This document shows positions 48,557-61,186 of a stretch of 64,000 bases of DNA, in pieces. A program made the position numbers and the translations under genes. A model generated the notes under the pieces. The model had not been told where the DNA came from and searched no databases. It saw only the letters and a program-made list of their open reading frames with translations. This stretch comes from Elsinoe ampelina. Taxonomy: Eukaryota. Numbering within the stretch: the first letter of the stretch is position 1; each line of letters starts with the position of its first letter. The stretch lies in NCBI GenBank assembly GCA_010093995.1, contig ML992514.1:159437-223436 (forward strand), given 5' to 3'.

Positions 48557-49566
48557 TTACGTGTCGGAAGAGCTGACCACGATTTTGCCTCGAGCTCGAC
48601 CAGTCTTGAGCTTCTCAAAAGCCTTGGGAGCATCCTCAAAGGAGAAGACAGTATCCACCATGGTCTTGAGCTCACCCTTCGCAGCCCACTCCGCCAACCT
48701 ATCCATATCCTCCCTACTATTCTTCGCCACAACCATCCCCACGGCGTCTTTGGCCCACCCAACGCCGCCGGCAGCAACGCACTCTTCGCAAACTCCACCA
48801 CCGACCCCCATCCAATCTCCGCCCCAACCTGAACATACCTCCCCTTCACCCTCCCATCACAAGCCTTATGCAACCCCCTCGGCATCCCAACATTATCAAC
48901 CACCAGATCCCACTCCCCCTTCTTCACCGCCTCCCTCACATCCACCGTCTTGTAATCCACCACCTCCCCAACCCCCAACTCCCTCACCATCTGCACATTC
49001 GCCCCACTACACGTCCCCACCACCTCCCCCGCCCCCAACAACCGCGCCACCTGCACCGTATAACTCCCCACACCCCCACTCGCCCCATTCACAAACACGC
49101 TCCCTCCCCGCTCCAACCCCCTCAGGCTCTGCAACGCCGTCTGCCCCGCGGTCCCAAGACACGCGCCGTCCACCCACCCCACACCATCCGGCAACCTCGC
49201 CACATCCCCCGCCTCGACTGCGACCCACTCCGCCAGCGCCCCACGCCTCGCGGGTCCATCGAACCGTCCGAAAACCCTCGTGCCGGGCCGAAACTCGGCA
49301 TCGGCACCGGCGCATCTCACCTCGCCTGAGAAATCCAGGCAGGGCGTCGCGGGTCGGCGGGGGAAGAGCGACGAGAGGATGGGGAGTTCGGCGAGTTTGT
49401 AGTCTGCTGGGTTGAGGGCGGTGGCGTGGACGCGGACGAGGAGGGTGGAGCCGCGGGGTGGGGGGAAGTGGAAGGGGGCGCTGGAGAGGTGTAGGGTGTG
49501 TTCGATGCCGGAGGGGGAGGAGGTGGTGGGGAGGGACCAGTGTTGGTAGGTTTGGGGGAGGGACAT
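48557..49566 (-). CDS. MDR-family quinone-oxidoreductase-like protein (Yim1/RTN4IP1 type) with a 1-nt frameshift
   Basis: VRVHATALNPADYK, LDFSGEV and VFVNGASGGVGSYTVQVA. The conserved C-terminus VDTVFSFEDAPKAFEKLKTGRARGKIVV lies in another frame after the G4 run at 48737-48740. Confidence 0.82.
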
Positions 49567-50225
49567 GGTTGGATGGGAAGCGGGGAGGAGGAGGTGGGTG
49601 TGGTAGGGGAGGGGATGGTGAGAGGTTGGGGTGATGTATTGATTTTACCCTCTAACGTGAAGTTTCTGTTGGAGCGAGCTCCTGGTGATAGGTGTTGAAG
49701 TGACCTTGTGATCCTGGGTTGGTAAAGTCGATCTGCCGGCTCTCTCAAGTGGTTTGTCCTGACTGTGTCGCCGAGCTCTACAATGTACTTCCTGACATTC
49801 ACATTACCCGATCTCTAGTCTTGAATTGCTGTTCCCTCGTAAGGCGTGCTGGACACTAAATATTGATTGTCAGTTCAGAGAGTGGAGTACTTGACCATGT
49901 CGTCACGACAGGTCCACAGTCGATCACATGCCAAGTCCGGCCACGACTTCCGTGAAGATCTACAGGTACAGCCCCTCATGTATCCGGTCGATCCCAATTA
50001 TTCTTTCTCGACAAATCAGCTTCTGTCAAATCGTCAAATTTCAGCGTCTGTGCCTTTATCATAATCTGGAGAAAGCACATGGGAATCATGTGCTGATCGT
50101 GATGGCAAAATCGGCAGGGTACACACTCGGGAACACATCAGTCTCAAAGGAGGGTTCTCAGATATCGACTCGTCGGCAGAAATCGATTGGGTGCCTGATG
50201 GGCAGGGTGATGACCCGTGCCGTTG

Positions 50226-52765
50226 TCAACTACCAATTTCCACGCGCCTCTTCAGCACTTCCCGCGCTTCGCTCTCACTTAACAGTTCTATTCCCAGATC
50301 ATCGAGGACTTCTCGGGCAGCCTCATTGCTTGCAAACAACCTTCTCTCTACCTCCCACAGGCCGAGACTGGGTGCTCTGAGACTGTCGCTGTTCCCATCC
50401 ACGGAGAGATCGACGGGGATTTCTCCTTTGACGGGAAGAGCAAGCAATTTGACCCCATCAACCAATTTCTGCGTGCTTGTCGCTCCTTGCCTGGTACCTG
50501 CATGTCTGTCGATCACTAACCAAATGCCTTTGATATCAGAACCCAACTGGGCTGCTCCGGCAGTCGAAAAGTTGTGTCGGAGGATGACATTGTCGTAGAT
50601 ATATGTCTGAGCACTATTGCCAACTTGTCGAACGATCCGCCGCAATGGTGTTTTGCCCATTGATTTCGCAAGGAAAGCCAAGTACTCATCCAGCATGCGA
50701 ATAAAGCCATCCAGCTCGGCGGTCTGACTTGACCCTCCACCAGTGCTCGACATGGAGGCCCAAGTGTTGACTCTTGAGTAGGGGCGGAGAGCGTTGCGAA
50801 GATCATAATTGACTGTGTCGACAATCACCTGTTCACTCTTAGTTCGCAGCCTTCGGTATGAAGCAGCTGTCTCGTCAAAGAGTGCTCCTTGCACTTCGCC
50901 GAATTCGTTCTGAGCTGCCGTGGCACTGGTTTTCGCAGTGATCTCCCCCATGCTCAGATCACCCTTTATCTGGTCTTTGTTCTGTGAGCGATATTGTAAT
51001 TCCTCCCATAGATCCAGAAAGAAGACATCTTCACTCCAGTCTCGCATCGCTTTTTCGAGATATTCAGCAGAGCCATACACCCGACAGAGGCGATCGAGTC
51101 CTTTGGTGCCCGAGAGATCTGCATTGTCCCCTTGACCAACACCGTGTACTGTCCGTCCGACCGTGGAGGTTCTCGTCAGATAGGCCTCAAGACCCTCAGA
51201 AAGTCGGCTGTGGAAACGATCGAAGATGGCGATCTGGATGTCGATGAGAAACTTCATCTTCTGATGGAAAGAAGCCAGGGGTCTGTAGCGATCCGTGATC
51301 GTCTCGAGCAGGTCGTTAACCCTGATAGCGGCCTTGGTCGGTTTGGTCGCGGTACTGTCCACACCTTCAAAGTCTAGGTAGCCTGTAGAACGGTCGGAGA
51401 TGATGGCTTCATAGCGAGCAAGTGCAAAATCTCGCTCGATCGCGAACCAAGCTGGAAAATATCCTAATGTAGATAAAATGTGATGAGAAAGGCCCCTGAA
51501 GGGAGACGCAGTGGATAGAGGTGCATAATTCCAGTCCTCCAGCAGCTTAGTATCGAAAGCCATGACTTCATGAATGAGATTGCTAAACAGGCTGGGTTGT
51601 TTGACAACTTGCTGCAGGACGTTCTGTAGCTTTATCTTCAAGATGGGCATGAGCGCATTGATCCATGCAGACGTGGCGTCAACATATGCTGGTGTAAAGC
51701 CGAGCTCGGTTGATCCAAAGAACTTCAAGAGAAGGCGTTGCAAGTTCTCTTGAGCGAATCCCGAGTACTCATCAATCAGATCTAGCACATGGTTGAGAAA
51801 GTATTCCGGTTTGTCCAGCCTGTTCGTCATTCTGTCTCCAGAAAAGTGATACTGAAATCGTAAAGCCAAGGGTCGCGCAAGGACTTCCAAGGGTGCAAGA
51901 ACCTCAGGCTCGTCCTTGGAGATTCTTCTTGTATTGTCACCTGTAATCTGCAGGAGACTGGGCTTTTGTAAGAGAAGAAGGCGTCCAACTTGATCATCCC
52001 ACTCAGTACGAAGAGCTGGGATCAGTGTCGCTGATGCTTTCGGCCAAGTGATTTGCTTGAGAATAGATTCTAAGCTTGCAGCGAGCGAGTTGTGTATGCT
52101 CGTCCATGCATTGCTCGAAGTCCCGACCGCGAAATCTACAAGATGTGGTGCAGCGCCTTCTGCTGTGTCCTGCAGCGTGAGCAAATTTTGTGCAAGTCGA
52201 TTGAGCTGTCCCTGCAGCTCTATTGCTTGATCGATGTTGCTTTCAAGACTTGCCAAACAGCGCTTACTGCATGACCGATCAGTATCGCAATAAAACTAAA
52301 TGCCTAGGGGTCAATGTGATACTTGATATCATCAATCTGCTTCACCAGCTCAACATAAGAGGTAGCGACCTCGAGCCTGTGCAGATTCGACATAACATCC
52401 TGGAAGCGGGCAACGGCTTCTTCTGTAGAATCCGATTGTGTCACAATCATCAGAGTACGGTCAATATTGGCTTGTTGCTTCTGAAATGCAGTGGCTCGTT
52501 CACGGAGCTGTCCCGCATGTTGTTGAGACTGCTGTGCCGCTGTGATGTGGTCTTCTTTCGCCTCATCAAGCTGTCACGATCAGACTCGGGTCATACAATG
52601 TTCTCGTCCGTGTGATACCTGAGATCGCAGCAAGCCTTGCTGCCGCCTCACGTTCTCCAGCAGAGAATCCAGTGACTCCAAATCAGCAGCAGTCTGTAAT
52701 CGGTCGTCAAGGTAGTCCTGGACCCTGACGTCCCCTTGAGTACCACCATTTGATTCCACTGCCAT
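50226..52765 (-). CDS. TIP20: Tip20/RINT-1 family (Dsl1 tethering complex)
   Basis: DVRVQDYLDDRLQT, LRFQYHFSGDRMTNRLDKPEYF, TDRYRPLASFHQKMKFLIDIQI and HNFSTAGAAQL. Introns 52571-52618 and 52267-52322. Confidence 0.92.
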
Positions 52766-52888
52766 GCTCACACGAAATGAATGGCGATAATGGCAAGAAT
52801 CAAGTGCGGATGTGGACGTGGCCATCACATGTTGAAGCTTTTCTGAAGATATGGCCAACTGTAGTTGATTGGCGCCGCTTGCCACTTT

Positions 52889-52907
52889 ACGCGTCGTCGA
52901 AGCGCGT
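52889..52907. promoter_or_regulatory. MCB element(s) in the TIP20/ASF1 divergent promoter
   Basis: ACGCGT at 52889-52894 and GCGCGT at 52902-52907. Confidence 0.5.
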
Positions 52908-53020
52908 CGCACTTTCTCCCTCAAACAAATGCATTTAAGATTCTCTACTTCTCAACCACTTGCTGCAGACAATAACATCGACTCAATCCTATCAGCATAG
53001 AAACATATCCGAAAATCATA

Positions 53021-53933
53021 ATGGCAGCCGTATCTCTTCTCAATGTCTCCGTCCGCAACAACCCGGCAGCATTCGATGCTCCCTACGAGTTCGAGATCAC
53101 ATTCGAGTGTCTCGAGAGCTTGTCAAAAGACCTCGAATGGAAGCTTACCTATGTCGGATCAGCTACTTCGTAGGTCTACAAGACTATCCTATCAGAAGCC
53201 CTGCTAATACCGAGATAGATCAGAGCATGATCAAGAGCTCGACTCGCTTCTGGTAGGACCTATCCCTGTCGGCGTCAACAAATTCGTCTTCGAAGCCGAC
53301 CCTCCCGACCTTTCACGCATCCCGAATACGGAGATTCTGGGCGTGACAGTCATCCTTCTCACATGCAGCTACGACAGTCGCGAATTCGTTCGGGTCGGCT
53401 ATTATGTCAACAATGAATACACCGACGAAGCACTTGCCGCCGAGCCCCCTCAGAAGCCAGTCATCGAGAAGGTGCAACGAAACATTCTAGCCGAGAAACC
53501 ACGTGTCACTCGCTTTGCCATCAAGTGGGATTCGGAAGAAAGCGCACCCGCCGAATACCCTCCTGATCAACCCGAAGCAGACACTGTGGAAGACGATGCT
53601 GAGCAGTATGGCGCTGAAGAGGAAGAGGATGAAGCGGAGGAGGTTGTGACAGAAGAGGCAGCCAAAGTCCAGGGCGAAGACACAGAGATGGCTGAGGCAG
53701 AAGGCACGAACGGCGAAACGAAGGTCGAAGATGACGATGCGGCATCAGATGCTGGTAGTGAAGACTTGGAGGCGGAGAGTAGCGGCAGTGAGGAGGAGGA
53801 GGAAGAAGAGGAAGAAGGCGAGGAAGGTCAGGAGGCACCTGCCGACGCGCAGATGGGCAATGATCAGGATGCGTCCCACGCTACCAGTAACCAGGCGATG
53901 CCCGTCGAGAGCAAGCAGCAGATCGCGGTCTAG
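53021..53933 (+). CDS. ASF1: Histone H3-H4 chaperone Asf1
   Basis: [23 protein letters not shown], intron 53170-53218, [25 protein letters not shown] and an acidic tail. Confidence 0.97.
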
Positions 53934-54420
53934 CCTCCGGGGGGGGACAGAATACAACCAGCGGGTGGGACAGTGTGGTAGGACTTTTCTGACCTTTTTG
54001 ACGATACCTCGGATGGAGTCAGCATTCATGAAGCGTGCATCTTTCTCATTTTTGTGGTCAAGGCTCTACACAGGCCATTTTAGAGTTATGAATACCAGAA
54101 CGACGTGAGTGTCAAGCCGATGACCATCAGTACTTGTAAATGCCTGCAATGTGCGGCTCGTGCCAACTTCATCCCGCCGCCAAGCGACGACATCATATAT
54201 ACCAACCGCCTTTGAGGACTTGATGCTTACTCTCAAATTGATCATCGATCAGAGCAAAGAGCAGTCAGCATACTGCTTCTGAAATACCGCACATCTCCGA
54301 GCTTCAACAGATTCAGCATTGTGGAAACCCTCATCGCTCGACGTTGCGACAGCCACGCGGCCCCTTCACCTTCGCCCGCTGATCATCACTGTACGAGCAA
54401 TGAGATGCTAGGAGACTATC

Positions 54421-57400
54421 ATGTCGCATCTCCTTCGAGGCAAGCAAGCTGGCATCCAGAATGATCTCTCGGCTGGAATCACGCCAGACATATTCGCTGT
54501 CGATGATCTCGCTCGCTTCGGCGTGAACTCGCAGATATGCGCTTTAGCGTACGACCCAGTCCAGTCCCTCCTGGCTGTAGGGACTAGAGATTCGAAATTC
54601 GGTCGAGGCCAGATCTACGTTTTTGGACGAGACCGCATCGATGTCACCTTTTCCCTCCCTAGCAGAGCATCGGCGACGACGCTGCAGTTCGTGGCGGACA
54701 AGCTGGTCTGCCTAGACTCCAAGCATGAACTGTCCATGTATTCGTTGGATCTGAAGCGGATGATAGCTTCCCATTCACCTCCGGGATTCGCATCTGCATT
54801 AGCGACAGATCCTATGCTCGATTACGCGTTGATCGGGATGCAGACGGGAGACATCTTGTGCTATGATATGGACAGAGAAGGTGTGGCACCACTGAGAATA
54901 CCAAATCTGTGGGCAGAATATCAACCCAAAGCTCGCGTCTCTCCGATTGTGTCACTCCAGTTCCACCCCAGGGACATAGGGACGCTCCTGATTGGGTATA
55001 CTCATGGCGCAGCGATCTACTCTTTCAAGCTCAACAAAGCTGTAAAGTTCTTTGCGTATGAGGTTCCAGTCGGTGCAGCTGGCGGCGATGCCAATCCGGC
55101 TACGATCAACACCATACGTCGGCCATCTTTGACGCACGCCGTCTATCATCCCACAGGTACATTCGTGTTGACGGCTCACCAAGACGGCACTCTGGTTTTT
55201 TGGGATGCTACAATCGGGAAGGACTCTCGTATCATACAGGCCAGAACACTTGCAGACACAAATGTGAACAAACCAGGAGGCGCTCGAGGCGGCGTAAGTG
55301 ATCCAGGACCCAAGGAGCCCATCAGCCGAATTTCTTGGTGCGCCAATCAAGATCCTGATGATACTGCACTTTTGATCGCTGGCGGTACTCAGATTGACCT
55401 TCCCACCAAAGGACTTACTCTATTTGAGCTTGGAAGAACACCAGTCTACAATACCACCGGCTGGGAAGCGCTTTCGGCGCATTTCGAAAATCCAAAACGA
55501 CAACGCATCTTACCCACACCGCCGAATGCGCATGTCACGGATTACTGCGTCATACCGCGGGCCTCGCCACACTTCTCAGGCTGCCAAGATCCAATTGCTG
55601 TTGTATCCATCACGAGTTCAGGAGAAGTGCTCTCACTAAGTTTCCCATCAGGCATCCCGATATCTCCCACAGACCAACTACCAGTGTCTCTACAGTTCGT
55701 CCACCCATTCGTAAACTACGTCAATGTCTCTCCTGGTGACCGCACACGTTGGCTGGGCATGACGGAACGAAGAAATCATGGTCCTCAATTCTTAAAAGGT
55801 GGTCTTGAGGGCAATCATCCATTACGACGATACGAGAACCGCAACATTATCCAGACCGCGCATGCAGACGGCACTGTCCGTCTGTGGGACGTTGGCCATG
55901 GTGATGAAATCGAAAATGACAAGGTCATCCAGGTCGACGTCAATCGGGCTCTCGGTCGCTTTGACCAGGTGGACGTCTGCAAGACCTCTTTCTCGGGAGC
56001 TAGTGGTGAGCTTGCAGTTGGCACACGATCCGGAGAGGTGGTCGTGTTTCGTTGGGGGCATAATCGCAACCACGGCAAGGAACCACCTGCTCTGAACAAC
56101 CCCGACAAGCCTGGTGTGCTGGCAAATCCGGTAGAGCGTTGTGATCCAGCTCTGAGCGAGGGACTGATGCCATCCACTCTGCTACCCACAAACAATGGAC
56201 CGATCACGGCAGTCAAAATGAGCGACGTGGGTTTCGTAGCAGCAGGAACGGAAGGTGGCAATCTGGCTGTTATCGATCTTCGTGGACCAGCTATAATTTT
56301 CCAGGAGAATTTGTCGAATATCCTCAGTGTTGGTGGACGACCTGGAGGTACTTTCCGCCGCCGAAGTACACAGAGCAATGCCCGACCTGACTTCGTTGTA
56401 AGCGTCGAGTTCTCTGTCATGACTCTGGAAGGAGACAACTACTCGAGTATTGCTCTACATGCTGGTACCCACCTAGGACAGGTCTTGACCTTCAGAGTCA
56501 TCCCTGAGCCAAGTGGGCGGTACGGAGTACAGTTTGCTGGTACGAATCAACTCGAGGGTAGGGTCATTCACCTGGCCCCCATCGAGGTCAATACAGGGAA
56601 AGCAGCATATGCGACTCAACAGGCTGTCGGCAGTCTTCGGACAGGCTTCAAACAAGAGGGAGCCTTGATCGCAGTGACGACTTCAGAAATCAGAATCTTC
56701 AGACCGCCCACGCAAAAGGGTGCTCATAAGTCTTTCGACAGTGTTTTCTGCGACGGAGCTGCGGTAGCCCGTTTCCAAGATCAAGGATATGCACTGATTG
56801 GACTGTTTGGAGATGGAGGTGCAAAAGCATTCTCCCTGCCGTCATTAAGAGAGATCGGAGCCGCACGTCTGGACCATATATTCGATGTGCGAAGGTTTGC
56901 TGATGCCACGATTACTTCCTCCGGCGATGTTATCGGGTGGATAGGACCGTCTGAGCTGGGACTGGTGACTGTGTTTGGCACGGGCCAGCCACTGTGAGTA
57001 CGATGCTTCGATGCGATTGACGACTTGCTAATCATAGACAGACCTCGATCCAACGATAAGCTCTTCAATCCTGATGCTATCATTCCACCAAGGCCCACGG
57101 TCTCAAACTTTCAGTGGGTTACTGGCACACAATACGTGACGCCCGCAGATATGGATCTTCTGAGTACGTCCACAAACATGGTCTGTATTAGACATTGCTA
57201 ACACCGCACAGTCGGAGGACCTGATCGCCCGCCATCGAAGCGACAAATGGCTCAGGCCAGAGCGGATGCTCAAACAGCGACTCTGGCACAAAAGGGCCGG
57301 ACACCCACTGGCGGGTCAGCAGCATCTGCAGCACAGGGACAGGATGAAACTTACTGGGCTTACATGCAGCGACAGATGGAAGAACGGACGAAGAATATCA

Positions 57401-57531
57401 ACATCATGGGTGATGGCATGAACAACTTGCAGGAGTCAAGTCAAGCTTGGGCGGATGATGTTGGCAAGTTTGTGAACAAGCAGAAGCGCAACATGATCTT
57501 CGGCGCAGCAAAAGGGAAATTTGGGTTGTAG
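54421..57531 (+). CDS. SRO7: Sro7/Sro77 (Lgl/tomosyn family WD40 exocytosis regulator)
   Basis: ALAYDPVQSLLAVGT, FHPRDIGTLLIGY, SDVGFVAAG..VIDLRGPAII, IPPRPTVSNFQW and a C-terminal SNARE-like helix. Introns 56994-57041 and 57164-57211. Confidence 0.92.
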
Positions 57532-57646
57532 AAGGCATTGATCTCAATCAGCATATCTCTCTAGCACCACAACCGGTAGCTTTCCAATGCATGGGTATCA
57601 TAACCTTCACTCCGCCAATCCCAGCTATTCCCCATGTCTCCATCAA

Positions 57647-58225
57647 TCAAGCATCCCCCATCTCCACCTCCCCCTCCCCCTTCTCCCTCCTCACCGCATC
57701 CTCCACCAACCCCTTCGCCTCCCCCAACACCTCCCCCTCCTTCTCCAACCCCCCCTTCCCCACCCTCGAATTCAACCACGCAACATCCAACCCCCCCAAC
57801 CCACCATTCGTCAACCTCTCCTCCTCCGTCTGCGTCTTCTGCCCCATCGGTCCTCCCTGCGCTCTATTCCTCTCCGCCGGCCCGCTGGACGCAGACGCCA
57901 AGATCGGCGCTTCGGCGGAGATGATGCCCGCTTCTTCGAGCGCGTAGGCTTGGCGGCGCAGGCGGGCCATGACGGATTGCAGGGTAGTGAAGTAGGTTTT
58001 TGCGTTGGTTGCGAAGGCTTGTTTCGCGGCGTCGAGGGATTGGGGTTCGTGGGTGGTTGGTGGGGAGGAGGTGTTGTCTGGTGAGGACGAGGAAGGGGAC
58101 GCTTCGCCTGTTAGTGCGAGGAGGGCGGCGCTGGCGGAGGAGAGGAGCGTGGGGACGTCGGCGTTGATGGACGAGAGGTCGCGGATGCGGTCGGTGGAGG
58201 AGATGGTGGGTTGTGAAGCTGGCAT
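57647..58225 (-). CDS. MED11: Mediator subunit 11
   Basis: DRIRDLSSINADV, YFTTLQSVMARLRRQAYALEEAGII and NGGLGGLDVAWLNSR, matching the Pezizomycotina Med11 pattern. Confidence 0.82.
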   Translation of the reverse strand: MPASQPTISSTDRIRDLSSINADVPTLLSSASAALLALTGEASPSSSSPDNTSSPPTTHEPQSLDAAKQAFATNAKTYFTTLQSVMARLRRQAYALEEAGIISAEAPILASASSGPAERNRAQGGPMGQKTQTEEERLTNGGLGGLDVAWLNSRVGKGGLEKEGEVLGEAKGLVEDAVRREKGEGEVEMGDA

Positions 58226-58465
58226 TGTGTCTGAAGCACGCGGTGGTGCGAGTGGTTTTATCTCAACCCATTGATGGTGATGGGGAGGTGAGGTGTAGTT
58301 GGCGGTGGTTGTGGATGTGGATATCAGGTCTTGGCATGCGCGGGTGAGAGTTGCGGCTCTGCGTGTCATGTCGCGAACCTGGACTTTCTTCTTCACTTCA
58401 ACATCACATTGATATGGAATTTTGTTTCATCAAATCATGATCGCATAACGATATCGAACGCCAAA

Positions 58466-60991
58466 ATGTCGGGACAACAGCCTCCGCCGTCGCGGACGGC
58501 CTCTGTTGGTCCACAGAGCGCGGGCTTGCCTCCGCAGCAGCAGGTTGCGCCTCAGCAGCCGCAGAGCCAGCAGAATTTGAATCAAATTGTACGTATTGAC
58601 TTTCCAAACATCTTCTCTCCCGCACGGAACGTGTTCGTGGATGGGCGGGAACATGTGGACGAAGTGGCGATGGACGACGGCGACGACCACTCGTGCAACT
58701 GTGCGATGAGCGCAAGTGTGGAAGCAACGACTATTTGAAAAGGACGGTGTGACTACTTCGATACAGAAGAAACCCATCAATCTGCGAACTCCATCATTTG
58801 CGTGTCCACTCTATCATCCATCGCACATAGGAATCATCATCATGAGCATGCGGTCTAACTATTTGGATTTACAGGTGCTGGAGTATCTCAGTAAAAAAGG
58901 CTACAATCGCACGGAGGCGATGCTTCGGAAGGAGTCCTCGAGACAAGATGCAGAGGGACGACCAATTCCCTCACGTGCCGAGGAGGCTGGCGGCGACATG
59001 TACGTCAGAGCCTTCGACCTCATCATGCGATGGACCGAGACAGTCCTCGACATCTACAAAGTCGAGCTCAAGCGTCTTCTCTGGCCTCTCTTTGTCTACT
59101 CCTTCACCAATCTTGCCTCCGACTACTATCCAAAGGAGGCCGAGAAGTTCTTCAATCTATACAAGGACAGATTTGAGAAGGAATTCGAGGACGACCTTCG
59201 CGCCATGTCCAACATTCGCCTACCAGAACACGTTCAGAGCAATGAGACTGCGAAGCTTTATCGCGAAAATAAATATCGGCTTACTCTATCGACGGCCGCA
59301 TATTCGCTGCTGATTCAATACCTGGAGTCCAAGGAGACAGATGGTGGAAGCGTCATTAACACACTTCTCTCGAACTACTTTAATTTGCAAACTGTCGACC
59401 GGGTCGCTGCAGGACAAGAGCGAAGTCTAGCCCGCTTACTAGCGAGCAGATTCGAGGACAAGGACGTTCCAGCCGAAGACGAAGGCATTCCAGGACACAA
59501 TCCAGGATCTGCCAACACGAGCAAAGATGCTCCACCAGTCTTGACGAAGCTTAGCCTTGCACCACTGCCAATGGAGCAGGATTTGATGGAAGATGTCAAG
59601 GCCGAGCTGGAAGACCACGACTCCTCACATCCTCCAGGTGTAGGCAAGAATACGCTTGTGGAGGAATTCGAGAAGCGTATCAAGCAAGAACCATTGGACG
59701 ATGCACCCTCACGAGACGCCATACCGTACCCTCCATCGTTAGCCAGAGATGTCGCCATGGAAGTGCAGAGGATCAAGGAGAACAGGGATCGCTTCAAGAT
59801 CGAAGGCCGAACGGGAGGTGTTGGTCCTGGTGTCAGTGTGACCATGTTCACCTTTCACAACACTTACGACAGGTAAAGAAAGGTCGTTGCTTGTTGGAAG
59901 ATCAGCACTAATGATGACGCAGCCTCAACTGCATCGAGTTCTCAGGAGATAATACTCTGGTCGCTGTCGGAACTTCCGAATCATACATCCGCGTCTGGTC
60001 ACTGGAGAACAAACCGCTGGTGTCCCCACTCGACCCTCCAGATTATCATGCCTCGCAATCACGTCGTCTCATAGGACATTCAGGTCCAGTATATGCTCTC
60101 TCCTTCTCCCCATCGATACACGTTCCAGATACCACTCCTACTACAAATGGCACCAATGGCACAGCATCGTCACATCCTTACCCCGCCGGAGCACCTCGCT
60201 ATCTACTATCTTCGTCCGCCGATGCCACTATCCGCCTATGGGACCTTTCCTCCTTCTCCCAACTCGTCATCTACCGCTCCCACTCCGGTCCAGTCTGGGA
60301 TGTTCGCTTCTCCCCCTTCGGTCACTACTTTCTCTCCTCCTCCACAGACCGCACCGCCCGCATGTGGTCGACCTCCCACATCTCCCCTCACCGCCTCTTC
60401 GTAGGCCACGACGCCGGCGTCGATGTCGTCGCCTGGCACCCCAACTCAGCCTACGTCTTCACCGGCTCCGGCTCTCCCGACCGCACAGTCCGCATGTGGG
60501 ACGTCCAACGCGGCAGCGCAGTCCGCATGTTCACCGGCCACACAGGCAACATCACTGCTCTGGCTGCGAGTCCTAGTGGGAAGATGCTCGCGTCTGCAGA
60601 CGACAGGGGCGAGGTCATTGTGTGGGATCTGGCAGCCGGTCGTCTCCTCAAGCGCATGCGCGGACACGCCAGAGGCGGCGTCTGGTCCCTCGACTGGTCC
60701 GTCGAAAGCACGGTGCTGGTATCTGGCGGCGCAGATGCGACTGTCCGTGTATGGGACGTGCAGCCCATCAGCTCGGCAGTAGGGGAGACGCGGTCGGGAG
60801 AAGCAGGGCAGGGCAAGACGGACGGCGCGGCTGCTGCTGCGGGCGTGTCGGGCAAGAAAGGTAAGGTGAAGGATGTGGTGGTTTCGCCGGAGCAGATCAG
60901 TGCGTTCCCGACCAAGAAGAGTCCGGTGTACAAGGTCAGGTTCACGCAGATGAATCTTGTGCTGGCCGGGGGTGCGTATTTGCCGCAGTAG
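58466..60991 (+). CDS. TAF5: TFIID subunit 5
   Basis: LisH-like QIVLEYLSKKGYNRTE across intron 58589-58874, NTD2 LWPLFVY, intron 59873-59922, WD40 repeats and C-terminal FPTKKSPVYKVRFT. Confidence 0.95.
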
Positions 60992-61186
60992 GAGTCCCCG
61001 TACAAGGCTGAAACACGGGAGGCATGACTGCTGATACCTGGGGAGGGAAGCCGGCGTTCTGGGCGCGGAAAAAGGGGCAGCGTCTCGAGACAGCTCACAA
61101 TTGATCTAGTTACAAGTCTACCCAAGCCTTCCACACCTCTCCCCGTTCCTGCAGCAGCCCTCCCCTCAACCACCAATGAGACAGTC

